Below, piece after piece: positions 30,467 through 39,315 of a DNA stretch of 64,000 nucleotides. This stretch comes from an uncultured archaeon. GTDB taxonomy: Archaea > Asgardarchaeota > Heimdallarchaeia > Heimdallarchaeales > Heimdallarchaeaceae. Each line of letters starts with the position of its first letter. Positions within the stretch are counted from its first letter, which is position 1. A model generated the notes under the pieces. That model worked only from the letters and a program-made list of their open reading frames with translations, ran no database searches and was not told the origin of the DNA. Location: positions 42,610 through 106,609 of the forward strand of contig CAZJUB010000001.1 of the NCBI GenBank assembly GCA_964549075.1, in the 5' to 3' direction. A program made the translations under genes and the position numbers.

Positions 30467-31684
30467 CTAATCTTCGACTTTTAAAAGAAGTTGAGAATCT
30501 TTTACAATATACTTAATAGAACCATACATCATTTTATTCTGAAAAGGAGACCATTTTGCTTTGGATTGTATCCAATTTTCATCGACTAAGAAAGGAGTAT
30601 AAGGATCAATTATCAAAAAGTTCTCTTCTATAGGGTTTTCTCCTATATTAAGCAGTTTTAATGGGAAGTTATGATATGCTTCTATTGCTCTCTCCCATTC
30701 CAATTCTCCTGAGTGAATAAGAGTAATTAAAGCGGGGAGTAGTTCTTGAACACCAGGCATACCACTTAGATTTTCTTTCATTTTTTCTTCTAATGTATGA
30801 GGTGAATGGTCAGAGCTTATCATATCGATAATACCTGTTGATAATCCTTTAATCAGCGAGTTGTTATCAGATTCCTTTCTTAGAGGTGGAGTAACAATCT
30901 TTAATTTCTCATCTAATTCAGAGTTTTGGTTGAAGAAGAGATATCTTGGACAAGTGTCAGTAGTAAGATTTGATGAATTTGCTAACTCTAATAATTTTAA
31001 TGATAGAGAGCTACTAATGTGTGTTATATGAAACTTAAGTGAACTATAATCTTTAGCCCATTGTAATATCTTTTGTATAGCAATAGCTTCAGCTTCAGGA
31101 GGTCTCCGTTTATAATTGGAAAGCTCTCTCTCCATATTTGATAATGTTGTTGAATCTTCTGCATGAAAGATTATTGGTTTAGAAGCTCCAATATCCTCTA
31201 ATTTTTCTAATGCAGACAAAATACTCTCTTCAGAGATTTTTAATTCACCCAAATATTCCGACATATAAATTTTATAAGCATCACAAAATGGTTCTAAAGA
31301 AGCAACTTCATTATAATTATTTTCAGTTATAGCAGCTGCTATTAGAATCTCAACAATTTCTTGTTTTTTAGATAAATTTCGTTTATTTTTAATAGCTTCA
31401 ATAGAATCAGCTAATGGTTTATTATTTGGCATATCTACAACTGTTAGAATACCTCCAAAAAGAGCTGCTTCAGCACCAGAAAGCATATCTTCTTTGTTTT
31501 CATAACCAGGTTCCCTAAAGTTTACATGTAAGTCTACTCCAAATGGTATTCCAAGAAAATCTCGACAATTTATTGTATTATCTTCAAGTCTGAAAATCGA
31601 AGAATCATAATTTACTTCAATATCCTGTATCTGAAAATCCTTTTTTTCTTTATCCCATATTTTAAGTTTCGAGAAAATGACCAT
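30467..31684 (-). CDS. pyrC: Dihydroorotase-like amidohydrolase (altered metal/substrate site)
   Basis: DLHVNFREPG, DMPN, YKIYM, FHAED, HITHIS, PPLR, SDHSPH. Confidence 0.8.
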   Translation of the reverse strand: MVIFSKLKIWDKEKKDFQIQDIEVNYDSSIFRLEDNTINCRDFLGIPFGVDLHVNFREPGYENKEDMLSGAEAALFGGILTVVDMPNNKPLADSIEAIKNKRNLSKKQEIVEILIAAAITENNYNEVASLEPFCDAYKIYMSEYLGELKISEESILSALEKLEDIGASKPIIFHAEDSTTLSNMERELSNYKRRPPEAEAIAIQKILQWAKDYSSLKFHITHISSSLSLKLLELANSSNLTTDTCPRYLFFNQNSELDEKLKIVTPPLRKESDNNSLIKGLSTGIIDMISSDHSPHTLEEKMKENLSGMPGVQELLPALITLIHSGELEWERAIEAYHNFPLKLLNIGENPIEENFLIIDPYTPFLVDENWIQSKAKWSPFQNKMMYGSIKYIVKDSQLLLKVED

Positions 31685-31685
31685 C

Positions 31686-32537
31686 TTAAATCCTCAATTT
31701 TTCTCCTGATGCTAACCTTTTATAGGTACCAAAATCACTAATTTTTTCCAATTGTTCTGTATTAAATATAGGCCCATCTACACAGATTCTCCAACCAGTT
31801 GGATCGACAGCACAATAAGAACATGCCCCAAAACCACATCTCATATATCTATCAGCTAAACTCATTTGCATATCTACTACTTTAGGGTATTTTTTACCTA
31901 TATTGAAAATTACCTTCATCATTTTCTCTGGCCCAGCTACATAAAATACAGAAGGAGTATCATTTTGTTGCAAGAATTTTTCTAAATCTACAGTTGGAAA
32001 TCCTTTGTACCCATAAGAACCATCATCTGTACAAACATGAAAAGTCAATTTATTATTATCATTAAGATTTTGAAACCAATCGAGATACATTAATTTATTC
32101 TTCGTTCTTGCTCCTTCAAAAACATGAATATTTTGCTTTTTCTCTCTGTTTAGGAGAGTAGTTGTTAAGAGTTTAAGAGGAGTCATCCCGAACCCTCCAC
32201 CAATCAATAAATGATTTACATTTTCTGGAGCTTTGAAAGATTTCCCATAAAAACCGCGAATACCTACTAAATCACCTATTTTTTTATTATTCATTGCTTC
32301 AGAACCCAATCCCATTTTTGCAACACCAATTTCAAGAACATTGTCTTCAAATCCTGCTATTCCTATTGGAAATTCATCTACTCCTGGAACCCATAACATT
32401 ATGAATTGACCAGGTAAAGCTTTTGCTTCTTTTATGGGTAATTCTATAAGGAAAGTGTATGTCTCTTCACACTCTTTTTCTTTTGCGATTATTTTACCTA
32501 TTATTGGTTTAGTATTGGGGATTGTTTGTTTTGTCAT
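31686..32537 (-). CDS. pyrK: Dihydroorotate dehydrogenase electron transfer subunit
   Basis: PGQFIMLW, GGGFGMTP, TDDGSYG, MRCGFGACSYC...CVDGPIF [2Fe-2S] motif. Confidence 0.9.
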   Translation of the reverse strand: MTKQTIPNTKPIIGKIIAKEKECEETYTFLIELPIKEAKALPGQFIMLWVPGVDEFPIGIAGFEDNVLEIGVAKMGLGSEAMNNKKIGDLVGIRGFYGKSFKAPENVNHLLIGGGFGMTPLKLLTTTLLNREKKQNIHVFEGARTKNKLMYLDWFQNLNDNNKLTFHVCTDDGSYGYKGFPTVDLEKFLQQNDTPSVFYVAGPEKMMKVIFNIGKKYPKVVDMQMSLADRYMRCGFGACSYCAVDPTGWRICVDGPIFNTEQLEKISDFGTYKRLASGEKLRI

Positions 32538-33454
32538 TTGTGTGCTCCTCCTGTAATTTCTGTTATAGACGAATAATTATTTTCATTCATGTATTTTTTC
32601 ACTTTCATTTGGAAAAATCTTATCATATTTTCAGGATATGCTACTCCTAGCGATGTTCCAAGTTCTACTGCAGTCGCTCCTGCGAGTAGGTATTCAATGA
32701 TATCATCTCCTTTTAAAATACCACCAACACCTATAATTGGGATTTTATCTCCAAAATGCTCGTACAAATCATATACATACCTTATTCCAATTGGTTTGAT
32801 TGCAGCTCCTGCTAATCCTCCGCGTTTACCTCCCAGAATTGGCATTTTAGTTTGGATATCAATAACCATAGCTTTTACTGTGTTTATTGCAACTATAGCA
32901 TCACATCCTCCTTTAATCGCTGCAGAAGCTACTTCGACAATATCACTCACATTTGGTGAAAATTTCACCCATAGAGGAATGTTAGTCTCTTTTCTTAGTG
33001 ATGAAATTATATCAGTAACTGTTTCTGGATCCGTTTCGGCTAGTAAACCTTCCTTATCAGTAATTGGACTATTTAGATTTACCTCAAAAGCTTGAATTGG
33101 TAAATCTTTTATCCCACTGAGAACCTCTACGTATTCCTCTTTATTTTCTCCAAAAATTGAAACTATAGTAGGAACTCCTTTCTCAACCAGTTTTTCTATA
33201 TCAGTTCTAAAAATTTCATATCCTGGATTTGCTAAACCGATAGAGTGTATGATACTTTTGATTTCTTGTAATGCAAAGACGCTAGGATTTGGATTTCCGT
33301 TCCTTCGTTTTGGCCCTATACTTTTTGTTATTACAGCCCCAACTCCTGCTTCATAGATTCTTTGAAGTGTTGAAAAAGTGGTACCTAGGATGCCAGAAGC
33401 TAAAATCAAAGGATTTCTAAATGTTAGTGTCCCAATTTTTGTTTCCATGTTCAT
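32534..33454 (-). CDS. pyrD: Dihydroorotate dehydrogenase family 1B-like FMN subunit (altered active-site loop)
   Basis: NPLILASG, ITKS, VKFSPN, AINT, IIGVGG, LLAGA. The active-site loop reads NLNSPI. Confidence 0.85.
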   Translation of the reverse strand: MNMETKIGTLTFRNPLILASGILGTTFSTLQRIYEAGVGAVITKSIGPKRRNGNPNPSVFALQEIKSIIHSIGLANPGYEIFRTDIEKLVEKGVPTIVSIFGENKEEYVEVLSGIKDLPIQAFEVNLNSPITDKEGLLAETDPETVTDIISSLRKETNIPLWVKFSPNVSDIVEVASAAIKGGCDAIVAINTVKAMVIDIQTKMPILGGKRGGLAGAAIKPIGIRYVYDLYEHFGDKIPIIGVGGILKGDDIIEYLLAGATAVELGTSLGVAYPENMIRFFQMKVKKYMNENNYSSITEITGGAHK

Positions 33455-33605
33455 ATGAATGAATACTAATCTAACTTGAAAAGCTTTACTGATTTACTGA
33501 TTTATCCAGATTTAAATATTGGTGATTATAGATTTCATATAACAAGTTTATTAAACACCTATTTAGGAAAAAATATAAGAAATCTGAAAGTCAGATGGGG
33601 ATTAC

Positions 33606-34310
33606 TTGACAAAAATAGCTGTTATCTCTGATATCCATTCGAATATCTTTGCTTTAGAAGCAGTTTTGAAAGATATTCAGAGAAGAAGAAACATTGATGA
33701 AATTATCTGTTTAGGGGATGTCGTAGGATATTATCCATATCCCAATCAATGTATAGAGCTAGTTAAAGAACAGTGCTCCCTCACTATGCTCGGAAATCAC
33801 GACGCTGGCGTAATAGGGGACGAGCCTTCTTTCTACTTCAATCCTGCTGCATATGAAATGATTACTTGGACACAAGAAAATATCAAAACAGGGCATCTGA
33901 ATTGGTTAACAACGCTTCCTAGGAGAAGAACCATCGAAAGAAATGGTAAATCAATCTATTTAGTACATGGATCACCTTTCAAGATTTTCGATTATATGGA
34001 TCCCCACTCCGAAAAACATTGGAATACTACCTTAAGTGAAGCTTTCAAGATAACAGAAACTGATGTTTTAATGGTAGGGCATACTCACGTACCCGTTAGG
34101 AAGAAATATAAAGAAAAATATTTCTTAAATCCAGGATCCGTTGGACAGCCAAGAAACGGTGTTCCAGGAGCTTATTATGCTATTATGAATACTTCTCCTT
34201 TCAACATTTCAAAAATTCATCTCAAATATGATTTCTCACCTTTACAAGAGAAAATGGATGAACTTGATCTACCTAAATCATTAAGTGATAGGCTCAATCA
34301 TGGAATTTAG
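33606..34310 (+). CDS. Calcineurin-like metallophosphoesterase (YfcE/MJ0912 type)
   Basis: SDIHSN, GDVVGY, GNHD, HGSP, GHTH, NPGSVGQPR. Confidence 0.93.
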   Translation: MTKIAVISDIHSNIFALEAVLKDIQRRRNIDEIICLGDVVGYYPYPNQCIELVKEQCSLTMLGNHDAGVIGDEPSFYFNPAAYEMITWTQENIKTGHLNWLTTLPRRRTIERNGKSIYLVHGSPFKIFDYMDPHSEKHWNTTLSEAFKITETDVLMVGHTHVPVRKKYKEKYFLNPGSVGQPRNGVPGAYYAIMNTSPFNISKIHLKYDFSPLQEKMDELDLPKSLSDRLNHGI

Positions 34311-34317
34311 ATAAAAA

Positions 34318-34704
34318 TTATCCATAATGTAAATCAGGATTGATATCTTCATCATCTAACTGCTTCAAATCTTCTTCAAGCTTATCATTGTAAAGATCAT
34401 ACAAAATAACTAATGCTACTCCTTTATTGATACCTGTTTGCAAAGACAGTTTCTCATAACTCATTTCCGGATTTTCAGGAAGTATTATTTCCCTTACATA
34501 TCCTTTGAGGTTCTGATAATTAGGGATTGATCTAATACCATCTATAAGATCTTGTAATTTTCCCTCAAAACCGACAAAATTAACATTTAAACGCTTATTT
34601 TTCTTCATCTGATCAACCAATTCTTTCAGTTCTTTTTGGTCTTCAGCTTCTTTATTTTTGACTTTTTTTTCTGTTTCCCCAATATAATTGAATAGTGTAT
34701 TCAA
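34318..34704 (-). CDS. Hypothetical protein (possible HTH)
   Basis: 128-aa ORF with an MSYEKLSLQTGINKGVALVIL helix-turn-helix-like segment. Confidence 0.55.
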   Translation of the reverse strand: MNTLFNYIGETEKKVKNKEAEDQKELKELVDQMKKNKRLNVNFVGFEGKLQDLIDGIRSIPNYQNLKGYVREIILPENPEMSYEKLSLQTGINKGVALVILYDLYNDKLEEDLKQLDDEDINPDLHYG

Positions 34705-35310
34705 GTAGTAACCCCTTTCTCTTATGAGTCGTTACTAAGTGAAATAATTTGAGTATAAAATTCTTTTGTATTACGGGTTAATCAAACAAACGTTTATTTT
34801 ATAGAAAAAACATTTTTTAGTTCGAAAGATGTTTTGTTAAAGGTAAGATTCCTTTCTTTTGCAAGAAAAATAAATTGGTCACTAAGACAAATCATAGTAT
34901 ATATCGCAAATAGTTTGCAAGTGCTTTGTATTGACTTATTAATATTATTATCATTAGAAGTATTAAACAGTTTCTTGTTTATTAAAGCATATTATTGCAA
35001 ACTGTTTTTCGAAAACGACCATGAAAAGCACAAAAAATGACGATAGAAGAACATTTTACAATTTTTCTTTTAAATAGAAAAATTTTATAATAATTTGTAC
35101 AAGTATTTAACTAGATAGAATCATAATCTATTAAGTATAGTTTATTTTTTGAAATTTAAAATAATAATCCAATAGATTAATTAAACAGCTAAAAGAAATT
35201 TCGGTTAAAATTTAGCATCAAAGGTTTATCTAGTAGATTCAACATAACATAAACGCACAGCAAATATATTAAAGAAAAAATTAATCAAAACAAAAAAAAT
35301 ATACATAAAT

Positions 35311-36795
35311 TCATTGCCATTTTTTAGCTCTTTCGATAGCTCTTTTCCATCTAGAAAGAAGGATAGTTCTTTTATCTTCACTCATTGTTGGAGTATATTC
35401 TTCTGCTACCTGAAAATTAGATTTAATATCAGCCAAATTCTCCCAGTAATCTACAGCTAATCCTGCTAAATATGCAGCACCTAAAGCTGTGTTTTCTTGA
35501 ACAGATGGTTTTTCGACAACAACATTTGAGATATCAGCTTGAAATTGTAGCAAAGGAGAACAACGAGTTACACCACCATCTACACGCAGAATGGCTATAT
35601 CAATTCCTGATTCTTTTCTCATTACTTCAAAAACATCTTCTGATTGATAGCAGATAGATTCGAGAGTAGCACGAATAATATGATCCTTGGTTGTTCCTCT
35701 AGTTAATCCTAAAAGAATCCCTCTTGCTCGAGAATCCCAGTAAGGAGCACCTAAACCAACAAAAGCTGGTACAAAAACCACACCATCTGTGGTAGGTGTA
35801 GAGATCATAATATTAGCTAAACTATTTTTATCTTCCAAAATTCCTATACCCTCTTCTAACCATTGAATAGCTGCCCCAGTTATAAACACACTACCTTCCA
35901 AAGCATATTTTATAGTGTCATCAATTTTCCAAGCGATGGTTGTTAATAAACCATTTTTGGATTCAACTGCTTTGTTACCAGTATTCAACAACATAAAATT
36001 TCCTGTACCATAAGTATTCTTTACAGAACCTTCATCAAAACAAGTTTGTCCAAAAAGTGCAGCTTGTTGATCACCAGCAGTCCCTGATACAGGTACATCT
36101 GTATCCAATATTTGTTTGTGCACATTTCCATAGGTTTCTCTATCACTGCTTGGACGAACCTCTGGTAAAATATCTTCTGGAACACCTAAAATTTCTAACA
36201 ATTCCTGATCCCATTCTCCAGTATGAATATTGAAAAGAAGTGTTCTTGAAGCATTAGAATAATCAGTGATATGATTTCCTGTTAGCTTCCAAATTAACCA
36301 AGAATCAATTGTTCCTATAAGAAGACTTTGCTTCGAATAAGCATCTTTTACTTTAGCACTATTATCTAAAAGCCATCGAATTTTGGTTCCTGAAAAATAA
36401 GGATCTAAAACGAGGCCTGTCTTCTTCTTAAATAAGTCCTCATAACCTTCTTCTTTTAAGGTGTCACAAATATCAGTTGTTCTTCTGCACTGCCAAACAA
36501 TTGCGTTATGAAGGGGTAATCCTGTTATTTTGTTCCATGCAACAACAGTTTCCCTTTGATTAGTTATACCAATTGAACAAATATCAGAAGAATCGATTTT
36601 AGCTTTTGTCATGGATCCAGAGATGGTTGTCAAAGTTTTTTCCCAGATTTCTGAAGGATTATGTTCTACCCAACCTGCTTTAGGGAAGATTTGTGTATGT
36701 TCTATATAATCTTTTGAAATTTCTTTTCCTTCTTTGTTAAAAATCATTGATCGTGAACCAGTGGTTCCTTGGTCAATACTCAGGACATACTTCAT
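35311..36795 (-). CDS. glpK: Glycerol kinase
   Basis: DQGTTGSR, GITNQRET, WQCRRT, DPYFSGTK, GDQQAALFGQ, KNTYGTG. Confidence 0.97.
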   Translation of the reverse strand: MKYVLSIDQGTTGSRSMIFNKEGKEISKDYIEHTQIFPKAGWVEHNPSEIWEKTLTTISGSMTKAKIDSSDICSIGITNQRETVVAWNKITGLPLHNAIVWQCRRTTDICDTLKEEGYEDLFKKKTGLVLDPYFSGTKIRWLLDNSAKVKDAYSKQSLLIGTIDSWLIWKLTGNHITDYSNASRTLLFNIHTGEWDQELLEILGVPEDILPEVRPSSDRETYGNVHKQILDTDVPVSGTAGDQQAALFGQTCFDEGSVKNTYGTGNFMLLNTGNKAVESKNGLLTTIAWKIDDTIKYALEGSVFITGAAIQWLEEGIGILEDKNSLANIMISTPTTDGVVFVPAFVGLGAPYWDSRARGILLGLTRGTTKDHIIRATLESICYQSEDVFEVMRKESGIDIAILRVDGGVTRCSPLLQFQADISNVVVEKPSVQENTALGAAYLAGLAVDYWENLADIKSNFQVAEEYTPTMSEDKRTILLSRWKRAIERAKKWQ

Positions 36796-36834
36796 AATTT
36801 ATGATTTAGTAGATGTTTTAAAATTGTTTAGGTG

Positions 36835-38091
36835 TTATTTTATGGTATCTTGTTGCCTACTACCCTGAGTAATTCTTTTTGTAGGTCTAAAAGATTTTTC
36901 TTTATCCAGTTCTTTGAGGGTTTCTGTTCCTTGAGTTGAATAGTATCTTCCTCTCCAAGAAACCTTTTTACCTCTTAAACCATAGAAAATTGCCACTCCA
37001 ATAACTATAAAATTGACTAACTGGGTTATTGGGTAAAAAAGTGAGATCCACCACTTCATATCTCCTTTATTCTTGAAGTAAAAGTGTATAGTAGCTGCAT
37101 AAGCGAGATATAAACCAGTATTAACAATTATTCCTATTGTATAGTCAGCCCAGAATAAGAAATTTCCATGATTAAAGAAGGATTGAATCATGAAGTATGG
37201 TGAAAATAAGAAATATAATAACCATAAAATCATAAATCCTATTCTCCAAGGAGTTAAAGTAACAATTCCACCCCATATAGCTCGCCTAAAAGCTCTGAAA
37301 AATTGTCCGAAGCCTTCAGGATACATTCTTGTTTGAACAAGTCGAGTTCCATCCATAAAACTAAGACCTAACTCCTTTTCTTTACACAATTTAGCTAACG
37401 CAACATCTTCTACAAGAGAACTACTTATAGCCATATGTCCTCCAAGCTCTTCATACCCATTACGTGTAAAAAGCATATATTGACCAGAAGCTAAGAATGA
37501 ATCTTTATTATATGGATTACTAATATCTTCCCTAGGTCCACCACAGAGAAAACTCAGAAAGTAGAGATAAGTTGGGAAAAATTCATAGAATTTATATGCT
37601 TCTAGATAAGGAAGGAGCGAGAAAAGTGCCACTTCTGAACCAAGAAGGTGAGAAACAGTGATTCTCAATGACTCAGGTGTATGTTTAGTGTCTGCATCTG
37701 TGAAAAGCAACACATCACCTTGTGCAGCTAGATAACCTATATGACAGCCATAGGATTTTCCAATCCACCCAGTAGGAAGATTTTCATCTATAATTGTTTT
37801 AACTCCATAGGATTCAGCAATTTCAACTGTTTTATCTTTTGAACCACCATCAACAACTATAATTTCATAATGTGGGTAGTTCAGTCTTGTCAAACTGGTT
37901 AAACATTTTCTAATATTTACTTCTTCTTCCAACGTAGGAACAATGATAGACACAAAAGGAAGCTGTTCATCTCTTAAAAATAAGATTTGCCATTCCTTGC
38001 GACTGTGTTGAAGGAGTACAAAGAAATAAATGAAACAAGTAATTACTAATCCTATATAGAGGGATTCAAAGAACCAAGCCACTAAGTACAC
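36835..38091 (-). CDS. Membrane GT2 glycosyltransferase (HpnB/CrtQ-like)
   Basis: VVDGGSKD, LPTGWIGK, FTDAD, SGQYM, LVEDVAL, RMY, VSWRGR, flanking TM helices. Confidence 0.88.
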   Translation of the reverse strand: MYLVAWFFESLYIGLVITCFIYFFVLLQHSRKEWQILFLRDEQLPFVSIIVPTLEEEVNIRKCLTSLTRLNYPHYEIIVVDGGSKDKTVEIAESYGVKTIIDENLPTGWIGKSYGCHIGYLAAQGDVLLFTDADTKHTPESLRITVSHLLGSEVALFSLLPYLEAYKFYEFFPTYLYFLSFLCGGPREDISNPYNKDSFLASGQYMLFTRNGYEELGGHMAISSSLVEDVALAKLCKEKELGLSFMDGTRLVQTRMYPEGFGQFFRAFRRAIWGGIVTLTPWRIGFMILWLLYFLFSPYFMIQSFFNHGNFLFWADYTIGIIVNTGLYLAYAATIHFYFKNKGDMKWWISLFYPITQLVNFIVIGVAIFYGLRGKKVSWRGRYYSTQGTETLKELDKEKSFRPTKRITQGSRQQDTIK

Positions 38092-38244
38092 CTTCTCATG
38101 GATTAGGTAATAAGATAAGTCAGCTTGTTTATATAGTTTATTAGTTCAGTGTTATTCTTTACATAAAAGGATTGACTAACAAATGAAGAGTTTTCTATAA
38201 GAATTAAATTAAACAAAAACAGAGATTAGAAAGAGATAATCTTT

Positions 38245-39219
38245 CTAAGTTGTTTGAATAGGACCTTCTGGAGTCATGTACACAGTGTGTTCATGTTGAC
38301 TAATAAAAGATTCAGGTGTATCTGATAGAACGTGATATTGATAGAGTGCACCTACATTAATTAGTTCTCTTATACCCATTTTAGCTTTTGCTGGACCAAG
38401 TTCTTTATAGATCCATCTTGTAGCTACTGGAAGACGGTTATATTCTCTCTCCAATAATCGTCTCACTTGCTTTGCAGCATCAGTACGTAAAGGAAATCTT
38501 CCTTCAGCTAAACGAATAATATATAATTTTGTTCTATCTTGATGAGATTCTCCTGCCCCAGTAGTTGCGAAAGTTTCGATAGCATAAGCTTCATCTTGAA
38601 GGACTAAATTACCTTTTCTACCGGAAACATTAGGAATTGATTTAGGACCATGGACTCTATAAGGCAAGAGTAAATGACCAGATAGATCTTTTACAGTTGT
38701 AAAACCATATCCTTCAATTATATTTTCTATTAAATCGCCTAATTTTCCTGTATAAGCACCAGCTCGAATAACTTTAACAGCTGTTTCTGTAGCTTCTTTA
38801 CTTGCTTTTATTAAATCATTATGAACATCATTAAATGCTACTGTTAATGCAGTATCCGCTATAAATCCCTCATATTGAACACCACAATCAAGTTTGACTA
38901 CATCTTCCTCTTTCAGAACCAACTCGTCTTCCCAAGGACAAGTATAATGAGCAGCATGATTATTTACTGCAACATTAAGAGGAAATGCTGGTTTCATACC
39001 TGCATCAGCAATCATTTTATCAGCAGTTTCACACAAATCTAATGCTTTAACTCCTGGTTTAGCCATTGTTTTGAGATGTTGGAGGATATCTTTAGCTACA
39101 TTACCAGCTTTTTGATATTTTTCTAAGGGAGTTAATTCCTTCTCTTCCTCAACTTCTTCTTTAACTTCTTCTGTTTTTTCTTCTTTGACTTCCTCTTTAG
39201 TCTTCTTTTCTTCAGCCAT
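38245..39219 (-). CDS. map: Methionine aminopeptidase type II
   Basis: AFPLN, AAHYT, D...IADTA, SGH, AIETF, QHEHT, with the type II helical insertion. Confidence 0.95.
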   Translation of the reverse strand: MAEEKKTKEEVKEEKTEEVKEEVEEEKELTPLEKYQKAGNVAKDILQHLKTMAKPGVKALDLCETADKMIADAGMKPAFPLNVAVNNHAAHYTCPWEDELVLKEEDVVKLDCGVQYEGFIADTALTVAFNDVHNDLIKASKEATETAVKVIRAGAYTGKLGDLIENIIEGYGFTTVKDLSGHLLLPYRVHGPKSIPNVSGRKGNLVLQDEAYAIETFATTGAGESHQDRTKLYIIRLAEGRFPLRTDAAKQVRRLLEREYNRLPVATRWIYKELGPAKAKMGIRELINVGALYQYHVLSDTPESFISQHEHTVYMTPEGPIQTT

Positions 39220-39315
39220 TTATTTCACCAGAATTGAAAACCACTCCTTATTAATATATTTAACTCTGATGTTTTGACACAAAAATTGAAAAAAAAAAAT
39301 GATTAAAGAAAAAAA

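Noticed and set aside
33485-33540. GATTT short direct repeats upstream of pyrD
   Set aside because: Too short and irregular to distinguish from low-complexity AT-rich sequence, and not CRISPR-like.
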